DNA from: Corallochytrium limacisporum Hawaii
Taxonomy: Eukaryota > Protista > Pluriformea
NCBI GenBank assembly: GCA_002811645.1
Contig: PDIP01000093.1
Span: 12,790 to 76,789 of the forward strand
Direction: 5' to 3'
DNA: 64,000 nucleotides
A program made the position numbers and the translations under genes. Every line of letters begins with the position of its first letter. Within the stretch, counting starts at the first letter, position 1. The notes under the pieces are model-generated. The model saw nothing but the letters and a program-made list of their open reading frames with translations. It was not told where the DNA came from and ran no database searches. This document shows positions 50,967 to 61,941 of this stretch, piece after piece.

Positions 50967-53417
50967 TCAGACAAATTGACTGCGACCACCACCACTGCGA
51001 CGGCCTCGCTGTTGTCCCGGTTGTGTTGATGTGCGGCTGTCCCGCGAGTGCTGTGGCTCGGGCACAGCAAACTGCTGCTGCTGCTGCTGCTGCTGTTGCT
51101 GCTGGGGATGAGGTGGTGGCAAGTCAGATGGCCTCGGCTTGGTGCGCAGCTGGCCGTAGATACGACGCTTCTCGTTCTCGGACAGCTTCTTACGACGGTA
51201 GGTGCATTTCAAAGCCACGACCAGCAGGATAATTCCCACAGCAATGATCAGAACAATCCACCAATTGGCCTTGAGCCAGTCACCAACGGCAGACAGACCA
51301 TCGCTGCTAAAGATAGAGCCGAGCTTATTGAGCGGTGTCTCATTGTCGACCTGAATGCACTGGCCCGAGTCATCGCAGTAGCCGGTCTGGTCACCACATG
51401 AGCGACCTGCTGGCAGGTTCACGCCAACCACGGTCTCATTGTTGCGGGTGGCGCCTTGCGATTCGAGAACAAACGTGGAGACGCAGTTGTTATCATTGTC
51501 GGTGCAGCAGACATCACACTCCTGGCCGTTAGTATCGCACGAGCAGGCTGTCAGACCGTATTTCGTACAGATGGAAACTGTGCAACTGCCACTTTCACAC
51601 AGGAAGGCTCCACCGTCACACTCTGTGCCGTCTGCCTTGGGAGTGGCGGTCGGGCAGTCACCTGCGGTACCGGAGCAGGTCGCAGACACGCTGCAGTCCG
51701 TCTCCGGCGAGCACGTCTCTCCAGAAGTCTTGAATTGGCACTGATTCTGGGTATTAAGGGCCTCGCAGCAGACGTCTGCAATCGGCGAGCACTCGTACTC
51801 GGCTCTGATGGTGCAGTTAGTATGGCAGCAAGGGTCCACCTCCATGCAGGCGGTGTTATCGGTGGTAGTGCCACAGTCACAGTCCTCACCTGTCTCGACG
51901 ATGCCGTTGCCACAGACGGCCTCTGGCGGTTCGATGAAGCAGGCACTGCTCTTGGACTCAATCACAGACCACATGGTGGTAATTGAGCACGGGGAGAACT
52001 TGTTATTGTTGGGCAGGTCACCATCGGTGGCCTTGTCGTGCATAATGTAGTTGCCAGAGCCATCAGAAGGAGTACAGTCCGGGCCGTTCGGGTTGTCGAC
52101 CGGGTCGTGACGGGCACCAAAATTGTGGCCCAATTCGTGGCTAAGAGTGATGATGGATACCATTTCGGGAACACGAGAGTTCGAAATTCGGGCAGAAGTC
52201 AGACCAGTGTTCAGATTCTTTTCTCCTTGGCTCGTGTTCACACGGCGCTGACAGATGCCACCGGCATTGCCACCAGGATCAGCGTCAGCGACCCAGGCGA
52301 GACCAAGAACCACGCCATTAAAGTTGCGGTAGGTAAATAGATGGGCGAGGCAAGTGTCATCAAAATTTTCGGACGAGAAGGTGGACAAAAGGTTGTTGAC
52401 ATCAGAGCACACGGCGCAGTTGGCATCGCTGTAGGGATCCTCGGCAGAGTTGCGGAAAATCTCTATGGACTTGATGCTGAAACCGATGTCAAGGTCAGTG
52501 TTAGCGTCGCTGTCAAAGTTGGTGCTCTTGTAGATGGTGTTGGCACCGTTGAACCAGCGGGTGACGGTGTTAACGGTGGTTGCAAAATTGCCTTCACCAA
52601 CGTTCTCGAAGAACAGAGAGTCTGCCTTGAGGACAAGCTGGCAAGTGTTCAGGTTAGCGACAAATTGACGTCGCTGGCGGCGCCCGGTGGCAGCTTCCCT
52701 CCGTTCCTGTACACCAAGGTCTGTGGTCTCCCGGTTATCCTTGGCCTTCTTATTCTCATCCTCCACCAATCCGAAAATTTCCAAAGGACGAGTGTCGTCA
52801 CTATCGACGTGGCCACAGGTGCGTCCACTGCGCAAATCCTCGGAGACATCCGCGTAAGAGAAGGACACATGGCTCGCCACAGTGTCGTCTTTGTGCCAGT
52901 GAGCCGGTTCTAGGGAGATGCGCTGACCGTCGTCGAGCCAGAGCTCGGCAACCAAGTGCCCGTCGATAAATGACCCAGTACACGACCCTACATCCTCAAA
53001 GGCCTCGTCGTATACCTGACCCGAGTAGTGCACATTAATATCCACATGTTCATCGCTCTTGACCTTGTTGCCGTCTTCGTCTAGAACTAGAATCTCGAAC
53101 CCGGGGCTGAACAAGTGATGCTCTGGGTGTAGAGCAACTGTGTATGTGTCGGAGCCATGAGTCACCTGAAAGGTAATTGGGGCATACCACTGTTCAGGAG
53201 TCTGGAGATCCTGGCGCAGCTTCAAATGGTCGGCAAAAAGACCCTGTGTGTCCAGGTCTAGCTCCATATGTGCAAGGACATGCTCATTCAGTGCCGGCGC
53301 ACCCATTGACTGCAGAGGAGTCACTTTCTGTTCGCTGTGTGTGTGTTCATGTGCTGATGCGCCCAAAGCCACCAGGGCCAGGGCTCCGATAGACGAAAGC
53401 AGCTTTTGCAGCTGCAT
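50967..53417 (-). CDS. ADAM10/ADAM17 (Kuzbanian/TACE)-like membrane metalloprotease
   Basis: Signal peptide; prodomain with Cys switch 'RTCGH'; furin site 'RRQRR'; 'CLAHLFTYRNF..VVLGLAWVA'; zinc motif 'HELGHNFGARHD'; Met-turn 'GNYIM'; disintegrin 'CGNGIVETGEDCDCG'; TM 'WWIVLIIAVGIILLVVAL'; polyQ tail. Confidence 0.92.
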   Translation of the reverse strand: MQLQKLLSSIGALALVALGASAHEHTHSEQKVTPLQSMGAPALNEHVLAHMELDLDTQGLFADHLKLRQDLQTPEQWYAPITFQVTHGSDTYTVALHPEHHLFSPGFEILVLDEDGNKVKSDEHVDINVHYSGQVYDEAFEDVGSCTGSFIDGHLVAELWLDDGQRISLEPAHWHKDDTVASHVSFSYADVSEDLRSGRTCGHVDSDDTRPLEIFGLVEDENKKAKDNRETTDLGVQERREAATGRRQRRQFVANLNTCQLVLKADSLFFENVGEGNFATTVNTVTRWFNGANTIYKSTNFDSDANTDLDIGFSIKSIEIFRNSAEDPYSDANCAVCSDVNNLLSTFSSENFDDTCLAHLFTYRNFNGVVLGLAWVADADPGGNAGGICQRRVNTSQGEKNLNTGLTSARISNSRVPEMVSIITLSHELGHNFGARHDPVDNPNGPDCTPSDGSGNYIMHDKATDGDLPNNNKFSPCSITTMWSVIESKSSACFIEPPEAVCGNGIVETGEDCDCGTTTDNTACMEVDPCCHTNCTIRAEYECSPIADVCCEALNTQNQCQFKTSGETCSPETDCSVSATCSGTAGDCPTATPKADGTECDGGAFLCESGSCTVSICTKYGLTACSCDTNGQECDVCCTDNDNNCVSTFVLESQGATRNNETVVGVNLPAGRSCGDQTGYCDDSGQCIQVDNETPLNKLGSIFSSDGLSAVGDWLKANWWIVLIIAVGIILLVVALKCTYRRKKLSENEKRRIYGQLRTKPRPSDLPPPHPQQQQQQQQQQQFAVPEPQHSRDSRTSTQPGQQRGRRSGGGRSQFV
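51072..51103 (-). repeat. (CAG)n repeat encoding polyQ in the ADAM cytoplasmic tail
   Basis: ctgctgctg... on the plus strand; Q11 in the protein. Confidence 0.9.
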
Positions 53418-55760
53418 GTTTCTGTTCTATTGTGTGTACTCGTCTCGTTCTCAATCCCGAATATATTCAATTCACTATCCCAACACAATACGAAGCGCAC
53501 GTACAAACACCGTCGGCTTACACCAGTCTGATCCCGAATGGACAGTATTGCTCCCCGTAAGGATAATAATTCTTTTAAATAAATGTGTCACGACGGTGTA
53601 CAAGCCTTACAGACATGATATGTAAACTTGTTAGTTTAGTGATGACTTTTTGAAATACCACTGTTCGCTGTTCATGGTGGTGTAACATCTCCCCATCCCA
53701 TTTGCCTAGGCTGTCATTGTATTTGAATAAACCCTTTCTACAAACTATCACCCCCGCAGCGTAGCCTTTGTATTTGTGCTTACAAGATATCTTACTCCAT
53801 CATGACGATTATGTCCACAGCAACCGGACGGCCGTAAGTCAAGCAAAGGTCTGACGGGACGAAAGGCGCTCGGCTCAGTTGTCATCCAAACTCCTCCCCC
53901 TTCCCCCCCTCCCTTGCTTCCAAAGCACAGCCAGCCACTGTGAATCCGCCTTTCTCACTTCCTTCCCCCACTCCTCTCACCTTTTTTTTCTGACTGTCTC
54001 TCTCTTCCTCCCTTTTTCGTTTTTGTGCCCGATTCCTTCTCTCCCCCGCCTCCGCTGGGGTCTCTAACCTTTTACTCCTTTGATTTCTTGTTGGGTTTCC
54101 TTTTGTTTCTTTGGGATTTGTTCCTTCGTTCCTCGCTTTTGGTCTGATTTCTGGGTGTTCCGCGGCCCTCCCCTTCCCCCCCCTCCCTCTCCCCTCCTTC
54201 CGTTCCTCTTTACCTCACCTTTCAGTCTTTCCTCCACCCACTCACATATTCAACACGTGCGGGGTGGGGACAAAGTCCCCACTTCATATACCTAATATAT
54301 TGAATGATTTGCCCAAAGTCGACCACGAGTGGATACTTGGCACTGGAGGGGAGGACTGTTTACGTAGGATACGGGCTCCCGGTCACCTACCCTTTTTATT
54401 CCGGTTTGGCCGCCTCTCCCCCCTCCCCCCCGGGGGAGGGACCGGGAGGGACGGCCCAAAACCAAAATATTGCCATCCGATTTGGTCCCCCCCTCCCTCC
54501 TCCTCCTCCTCCTCCTCCCCTCCCTCTTCCTTTGTTTCGTTTCTTTCGTTTCTTTCTCAGTAGCCTCGCTCTCTCGCCCACTTCTTCTTGTCTCTCCTCG
54601 TCCCGTGCGCTCTCGGCCGTGCGTTCGTGCAGAAGAACGCACAAATTGGCACTAGGCCAAGACCAGGCCTCGTTTGGAACACAATACTAAACAAAAAATG
54701 GTATATTTAGTATTGAAATTCCTACACAGCTGCACATCCCTACTCCTGTGTCACGATTATCAACGGACAGTGAGCCCTCACTGTCCAATTGGGGTCATAG
54801 GGGCCCCTCCGCGAGCGTCCAGAGGAAGTCTGGGCACGGAGGAACAGAGCGACAGAGACCCGACATAGTTATATACATTAACTATAGTAAAAATAAGAGA
54901 GAGAGAACACCAAAACGGAAGGGGAAGGGCCGGAGAGAGCGAGCGGAACGGGTTGAGTAAAAGGGCAAGCAACCCAAAAGGAGCCTAAGTAGCATGGTTC
55001 AATGTATGGTTAATGGCTGGTAGCGGATGGCAACAACCCTTGAGGACAACTTGCTGGGTAGCCCGGCTCCCGTTTCTCTCTGGCTCTCTCTCTCTCTCTC
55101 TCGCTCTCGCAGTGTGAGTATGTGCGCAAAGCACTAACAAAATACATACTTTTAAGTATCCCCGGGGAGGGGAGCACCGGGAACACGATAGATCCGCCAC
55201 CAAACGATATAGACGAGAGCAAAGAAAAAAAATGGTGAGCGGCCCAAGATACCACCCGCCATTTGAGACTCTGTCAGCCGAAAAAAATGTGTACGACACT
55301 TTGTTCGAACCCCGGGGACCGGCACAGAATCCCACCTTCCATCCTCAATCTGATCCTACCAAGTTTTCGATAGGGTAACAAAGTTTAGGCTATTCAGATA
55401 TGATGGGAGCAGAGCGATTGCGCTGATTGGGCATCACAACTGCATTCCGCCCGGTCTTCATTGCTCCTCGCTACTCTGTGTGTGTGTGTGTACATACACA
55501 CACACGGGGCGGTAGAGTAAAATGGGCAAAGGGGGAGCCACCTCCTTTGGTTTTTGTTTTTTTGGATCGTTCGCTGGGGTGGTGGGTTCCCAGAGAAAGA
55601 AAAATATGAGACTGCGGTCGGGTTTCCTGGTACCTCAGACATTTTTGTTATTTAAAGGCGCCTTCCCCCCGGGGTCTCCCGAGACCCAAAACAGCATGGC
55701 TCTGGGTATTTATGGAAACTGTTAGCCTACCGAAAGAATAAGAAATATGTTAGCCCCCCC

Positions 55761-55969
55761 NNNNNNNNNNNNNNNNNNNNNNNNNNNNNNNNNNNNNNNN
55801 NNNNNNNNNNNNNNNNNNNNNNNNNNNNNNNNNNNNNNNNNNNNNNNNNNNNNNNNNNNNNNNNNNNNNNNNNNNNNNNNNNNNNNNNNNNNNNNNNNNN
55901 NNNNNNNNNNNNNNNNNNNNNNNNNNNNNNNNNNNNNNNNNNNNNNNNNNNNNNNNNNNNNNNNNNNNN
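55761..55969. other. Assembly gap flanked by C tracts
   Basis: N run between the divergent ADAM and ZNF593 genes. Confidence 0.99.
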
Positions 55970-58881
55970 CCCCAGTTACTTCCGAAGGGCCACACACTCA
56001 GCCGGGTCACACACACACAATCAGTCACGCACATTCCCCACTATCTCTTTGTTTAGAATTTCTTGTATTTTCGTTTGGAGAACGTATACACTTTCCCGCC
56101 GATTTCTTCGTTGTTTTTGTTTTTGTACACGTCGGCTTCTTGGGTTCGTGTACGTTTGTCTCATTAAAACTTTAGGCGATAGTAAAGCCCTGTTTAGCCG
56201 ATCTTTCTTCGATCGATATCTCGGATGGATAGAACATATTTCAATACAGCATACACACGACTATCTTGGAAACTATGGTGCCAGGAGAAACTAAGATAGG
56301 AGCCAAAGAGGGCGTCACGGGCCAGTCATTTTTTCTCATTTTTCTTCTATTTCAACAGATGTGCCTGGGCTCCACCAATTACTACAATACATTTAAAGTA
56401 CTCAGACTGGGTTTGACAGAAACGAACAACGCGATGCCCAATACTTCAAGTGCACCGGAAAGGAATTGGGGGGGGGCCAACCTGCAAGGGGGGGGGGCAT
56501 GTTCACTCAAAAGTTTTCCCTCGTCACCCATAGGGCGCCCTCGATTGCGCGTCAGATATCCGTACATTTAGTACTAGTGATTTCATCGAGATCGAAGAAA
56601 GAAAGTGACGGAACTCACCCTGAACGCTGCAGGCGGTGCACAGTGTCTGAAGTGCCATAAAATCATCAATATATTCAATATACACTTCCCCAGCGCTTCA
56701 CGCATCGCACCTATCATCCAACAAAGTCATGCGACCATCTGTTCCTTGGGTCAATCGGAAAATTACGGTACATTCACTATGGAGCACTGAGCACGGGATT
56801 GAATCACGACAGGTCCCAATTTGGTTTGGAGGAGGTAGAGCGCCAAAATTTGTTTCGTGCTCTGCCAGCAACCAGGCAACATAATCTGTAAGTTTCCGCT
56901 TTGTTATTAGAACCTTATACCAACCATCACTAAACCAACCAGTCGTGCAGCTTTCCTGCGCCTCAGTATGGAGAACATGTGGACCACCACCCTAGCGCTT
57001 TCTAGCACCCTCCCGTATTTGTATTTGTCCCCTCCCCCCCGGGGGGGGGGGGCCTCTCTTCTTTACCTTTTTTTCTCTGTGTTCCTTTGTCCTTTCTTTC
57101 CTTTCCCTTTTTATTTGATTTGGCGCAGAGAGTGTGGCCTTTTTGGAGGGAAAAATGAGGCGCAAGCGTGGAAGGAGAGAAGGAGCAGGCGAATGGACCG
57201 CAACCCCCGCTGGGGTGGAAAGCCTTGGTGTTGGTTGGCTCTTTCTGGGTTGGTTTGGAGTCGCGGTGTGTTCGATCGCCCCGGCGCCGCTAGGACATGC
57301 TGGTTTTGGCAACTCTTAGCCCCTTTGCGCTGCGCAAACTCACTTCTCACATCTTTCTTTTCCTTTTTTTTTTCTCTTTTTTTTTTTTTAATATTGTCTG
57401 CGTTCTATGCTTGAGGAAGTCCACTCCGTCCGTGGTAACAAAATATGAGAGAAAAAAAAGGGAGACGGTGATTCATTGAACGTCAGACAGAAAAGGAACC
57501 AATTGTACCGCTCGATCGTCATTCACCGCCTACGTAGTCGCCCAGACAAAGTCGATGCAATGGACACATCCGTGTTCCCATTATACGTTTCAAAGAGATT
57601 TAAAAGAAAAAAAATAAAAAAATATTCTGCCTCTGAGGTAAATTAAAGAATTACCACCCCGGAGTAGAAAATTTACGGGAAGGCCGGGCGAGCAGCTCTA
57701 TTCCAGTTTAGATCGAAAAAGGGAAGACGCAGGGAAGGAAAGGAAGGACATAAACGGTCACACATTTACTACCGCAACCACCAATTCGCCGACCATTCCT
57801 TTGCCACCGCACCGGTGCCCGGGGAAGGGGAAACGACAGGGGGGGGAACCATTAAAGGGTCAGTCCGGCAGGGCCCACGGTGAAAGAAGCAAGACGTCGC
57901 GCAGGTTTGGAATGTAATGTCCATCACGGTCGCCTCCAACAAATGACGCTTGCAGGCCAAAAAAAAGTGTAACATATTCAGTATGGAAAAGGCCAATCAA
58001 GCGGATAAAGAGGGGCACTTTTCTTTCGTGGTTGCCCAGGGCGATGGTACCATTGGGGGGAAGTTGTGAGGACGGTCTGCGACCCAGAGTCTAACAGGGC
58101 GGAGTTGTGGCAGGCCTACGAGATCTCAATTGGATAGTAAAAGTAAGGGGGGCTCCACCATGCATTGTGGTCTGGCCCAGCAACCCCTCTTGTTGGCCAC
58201 TAGTACCGTGCAAGTGTGAGAAGCCATGACAGCGAAATGATCGTGCAGTCCTCGATCTCGATTGCCTTTGCCTATACAGCATGTAGCATGTGAATGCAAA
58301 CAGTGATAACTCACTACCATTGGGGGAGATTAAACCACACTCTCATACAATGATTTGCGAACTGTAAGGTGGAACCATAACCCGGCATTGTGGAAGTTGA
58401 TCAAGTCATCGTCGTAGCGCGGTCATCGCACTGCGGGTCATCGAGAATCGGGATTTTGCAGAGATATCCCTATTTGCCATGAACAAGGCTGGGGTCTCTT
58501 TTGGATGACATCAAGCCCCAGTGGAGGTGTTGTACCATGGCGATGAGTTCGACCCTCAAGTAGACACTTGTGGGCGTTGGATTCAATTAATGAAGTATAT
58601 TAGGTTTTCAGTTTAGTTCCCTGACCCGCACCATTTGCTGCTACTGTGTCTATTCTGCTCAATACACGCGGGTTCCCCCCCCAGCAATGTGAGGGGAGGA
58701 GGGAGTTTAACTATGGGTACTACACGGGGTCGTGGTAGGCGGAGTGGAACGGTTGCACTGGCTGTCTCATCGGGTGCCGTCAGCTAGATCAGACATCCAG
58801 CCCGTTCACGCGATTTCAAGTGATACGGTGTTCAGGCATATCGTTAACTAAACAGAATTATCAACAAAGACACATACAGGC

Positions 58882-59247
58882 ATGGGTCGGTTACGGAGAA
58901 AGCGCGTTCACAAGAACGATAAATCCTTCCACAGAAAGTATGCCACTAAGAAACGCACCAAAGACCTGGACCAGATCCAGGAAGACATGGCTACCGGAAA
59001 GATGGAAAGCCAGGCTGTTGACTACGATCTGCCCGGTCTGGGACAGTACTACTGCACTGAATGCACAAGATACTTCCAGGATGCAGAGACGTTAAAGAAG
59101 CACAAACAGACCAAGAATCACAAAAAGCGAGTTAAACTGCTCAAAGATGAAGCGTACACCCAGGAGGAAGCTGAGCGTGCTGCTGGAATGGGTAAGGCAG
59201 ATAATGGTATTATCACGAAGAAGGAGAAGAATCAAATGCAGGAATAA
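58882..59247 (+). CDS. BUD20: ZNF593/Bud20 zinc-finger ribosome biogenesis factor
   Basis: 'RTKDLDQI', 'DLPGLGQYYCTECTRYF', 'HKKRVKLLKDEAYTQEEAERAAG'. Confidence 0.95.
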   Translation: MGRLRRKRVHKNDKSFHRKYATKKRTKDLDQIQEDMATGKMESQAVDYDLPGLGQYYCTECTRYFQDAETLKKHKQTKNHKKRVKLLKDEAYTQEEAERAAGMGKADNGIITKKEKNQMQE

Positions 59248-59339
59248 CGAAACAATAATTTAGAACAATTGTTCTCATCTTGAAATAATTACATGGTTTA
59301 TATATATGTCAAAGATTCGGAGCAGGGATTTGCTGGCTT

Positions 59340-60590
59340 CTAGCCTTGGTCTCCCATCTCTTCCTTGAGACGGAGACGCTGTTCATGTGTCTCGCTTGCG
59401 AGGTAGCGCCAGACGGCCTCATGTACCCAGGGCTTTTGGTACGTTTTGCTGTCTCTGACCGCCTCCGGAGGGACGGTAAGGTTCTTCATGATACGCAGGT
59501 CCCGCTCCTGGCTGTTCATCCACTGTTCGATGAACTTGTGCGGATTATCAGCAAAGTTGAGCATGAATGCCCGCTTCTCTTCAGCCTTATCAATGTTAGT
59601 GAGTTCCAATGCTATGCGTTCATCCCACTGTGAGATCTCTTGGCCCAGGGGTGCCATGTTCAGGGCTTTGTTCAGGTTTCCATCCATGTCCCGGTCAATA
59701 TCGACCACGATGTCGTAGACCGTGTACATTTCGCTGGCATTGATAGGCTCCATCTTGATGTCGTAGCTCAGGTCGACGAAGTTAAGTGGCGACAGATGCT
59801 CCTGCAGAACAGTGGGCAGTTCAGAAAATTCCATGTTCTCCACCTGAAAGACTTTCGCCAGTCGTTTGTCCATGCGCAGCAGAGTGGGGTTGCTCGGGTC
59901 CTGAAGTTTGTGCTGCCGCATGTACTGCCACAGAGCCATAGTAATTTCGGAATGCGTACCGGTCTCGACTCCGATAACTGATTTCAGCGCCTTGCTGACC
60001 TCATAGCGGGGCGGATTATTGTGCATTTCGAGCAAGATCCGGGCATTTAGGGGCTGATTGCCAATCCTCCGTACCTCAAAGCCATCGACATTGACCGTGT
60101 CCATCGTCCGACGCCACTCGATGAAGCCGTCCTTGGGCACCACTTCGGGGTCAAGTTCAATCTGAATAGATCTGAGGAAGCTTGAGAACTTTCTACGACT
60201 AATTCGGCGATTTGAGGCAGTCTCGGTATGAGTGGGTTTTTGTCCTTCGGCGCTGTCCAATTCGTGGGCTTTGAGCAACCGTCCCTCGATACGGAGAGTC
60301 CATGCTGGCTGTCCCGGTGCTGCTTCTCCCTCGTTAAGTTGGAACTCCTGGTTTGTATGATGTGTAGAGATGAATACCCGCAGGATACGCTGCTGGACAG
60401 GTGTCTTTGTCACTACCTCGCTGATCTCCATGCGTTTCCGACTAATAAATTCATCAACTCTACGTTCCAAGCCTCTCATCTTTTTGTACATTTCCGACTC
60501 CGGGAGACGGTCCCCTGTCTTTTTTGGCAGCTTCCGATCCAAGCGCCGAGACCCTTGGCTGGGGGCAGAGCGCTTCTTTGTGTCCGGCAT
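59340..60590 (-). CDS. SMARCD: SWI/SNF subunit SMARCD/BAF60/Swp73 (SWIB domain)
   Basis: 'PESEMY', 'ILRVFIS', 'WTLRIEGRLL', 'RKFSSF', 'DGFEVRR', SWIB 'ALWQYMRQHKLQD', 'FIEQWMNSQERDL', 'PWVHEAVWRY'. First ATG at 60590 (the ORF track start at 60617 is TTG). Confidence 0.94.
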   Translation of the reverse strand: MPDTKKRSAPSQGSRRLDRKLPKKTGDRLPESEMYKKMRGLERRVDEFISRKRMEISEVVTKTPVQQRILRVFISTHHTNQEFQLNEGEAAPGQPAWTLRIEGRLLKAHELDSAEGQKPTHTETASNRRISRRKFSSFLRSIQIELDPEVVPKDGFIEWRRTMDTVNVDGFEVRRIGNQPLNARILLEMHNNPPRYEVSKALKSVIGVETGTHSEITMALWQYMRQHKLQDPSNPTLLRMDKRLAKVFQVENMEFSELPTVLQEHLSPLNFVDLSYDIKMEPINASEMYTVYDIVVDIDRDMDGNLNKALNMAPLGQEISQWDERIALELTNIDKAEEKRAFMLNFADNPHKFIEQWMNSQERDLRIMKNLTVPPEAVRDSKTYQKPWVHEAVWRYLASETHEQRLRLKEEMGDQG

Positions 60591-60916
60591 TTTTTGTAGT
60601 GCGCTATGGATAAACAATTTCGTTCCCGTCTAGCACGCTTACATCCTTGTCCAAATACGGTGAGGATCTAAATCCTTTCAAATCCTTTCAAATTCGCTGT
60701 CAAGAATTATTCAACATGAACCCTATACTCAATAGTGTTGAAACAGGGTCAATAAGTACCCACACTTTCATCTCCTTCTCTTCACTGAACAACAAGAAGC
60801 CATTTCCCAAGGCCTACTCTTTTGGCCCTCCTCTCCCATCTCCCTCCCATGGGCTGCTCGCGCCGAAAAAAGGGGACCTGCGGCTGCGCTCTCGTGCGTT
60901 GGGAAACGCGGTGAGG

Positions 60917-61194
60917 NNNNNNNNNNNNNNNNNNNNNNNNNNNNNNNNNNNNNNNNNNNNNNNNNNNNNNNNNNNNNNNNNNNNNNNNNNNNNNNNNNNN
61001 NNNNNNNNNNNNNNNNNNNNNNNNNNNNNNNNNNNNNNNNNNNNNNNNNNNNNNNNNNNNNNNNNNNNNNNNNNNNNNNNNNNNNNNNNNNNNNNNNNNN
61101 NNNNNNNNNNNNNNNNNNNNNNNNNNNNNNNNNNNNNNNNNNNNNNNNNNNNNNNNNNNNNNNNNNNNNNNNNNNNNNNNNNNNNNNNNNNNNN
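60917..61194. other. Assembly gap with a G tract on its right flank
   Basis: N run between the divergent SMARCD and TRAPPC4 genes. Confidence 0.99.
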
Positions 61195-61468
61195 GGGGGG
61201 GTGTTGTGAGGTCAAGGTGTGGCGCTGACCGGTCTCTGTTTGAAGCTCATTCGGACGGTTCTCCAGTTGGATGAGCTTGTGGTCGTACACAATAGGTATC
61301 TCACACACCATAGGCTGTTTAATCATTATGTGCAATGAACGAAATGCTGTGTGAAGGAGATCAAAGGACAAGCTGAAAGCAACACAGTAGAACTCAGGGA
61401 AAGGCTTAGAAATGTGAATGCTTCGGTTACATACCGGTCAAACAGTTCGATAGAATAGATTGTCCACC

Positions 61469-61870
61469 ATGATATACAGCGTGTATATCATTAACAAGGC
61501 TGGTAGCTTGATCTTCCAACAGGACTACATTGAAGGATACCGTCTTCCTGCCAATGAGCGAATCATGCTTGCCAGTACGTTCCACTCATTGTTTGCGATT
61601 GCCGCCAACATTTCTCCGGCCAATAATTCCTCCGGGATCAAGACATTGGACTGCGACTCCTTCAGGCTAGAATGCATGCAGACTGCAACGGGGACTAAAT
61701 TCATGTTGTTAGCGGACCCGTTAGAGGAAGGTCTTCCCCACTTCCTGCAGAAGGTATATGAACTTTATGCTGATCACGTGCTGAAGAATCCCTTCTATTC
61801 CCTTGAGATGCCCATCCGAATCCAGAGCTTTGAGAGCAATCTGCGGGAGCTATTGACATCTAAAACGTAA
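61469..61870 (+). CDS. TRAPPC4: TRAPP complex subunit TRAPPC4/Trs23 (short form, longin domain only)
   Basis: 'MIYSVYIINKAGSLIF', 'NERIMLASTFHSLFAI', 'SSGI', 'QTATGTKF', 'YELYADHVLKNPFYSLEMPIR'. ATG in CCACCATG context at 61469. Confidence 0.95.
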   Translation: MIYSVYIINKAGSLIFQQDYIEGYRLPANERIMLASTFHSLFAIAANISPANNSSGIKTLDCDSFRLECMQTATGTKFMLLADPLEEGLPHFLQKVYELYADHVLKNPFYSLEMPIRIQSFESNLRELLTSKT

Positions 61871-61941
61871 ATTGAGCGCATGCAAATAATGTTCATAAAA
61901 GCCATTTCCCAACAAATCATGAATCAAGAAGCCTATTTGTT

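Noticed and set aside
55300-55325. GTTCGAACCCC B-box-like motif
   Set aside because: No T-stem pairing and no cloverleaf.
58048-58326. 12-bp direct repeat TACCATTGGGGG (58048 and 58315) as a possible TSD or element boundary
   Set aside because: No terminal inverted repeats or coding remnant between the copies; partly low complexity.
58500-58565. GAGTTCGACCCTC, a T-arm/B-box-like hairpin (tRNA or tRNA-Sec?)
   Set aside because: Could not build an acceptor stem, D arm or anticodon arm around it.
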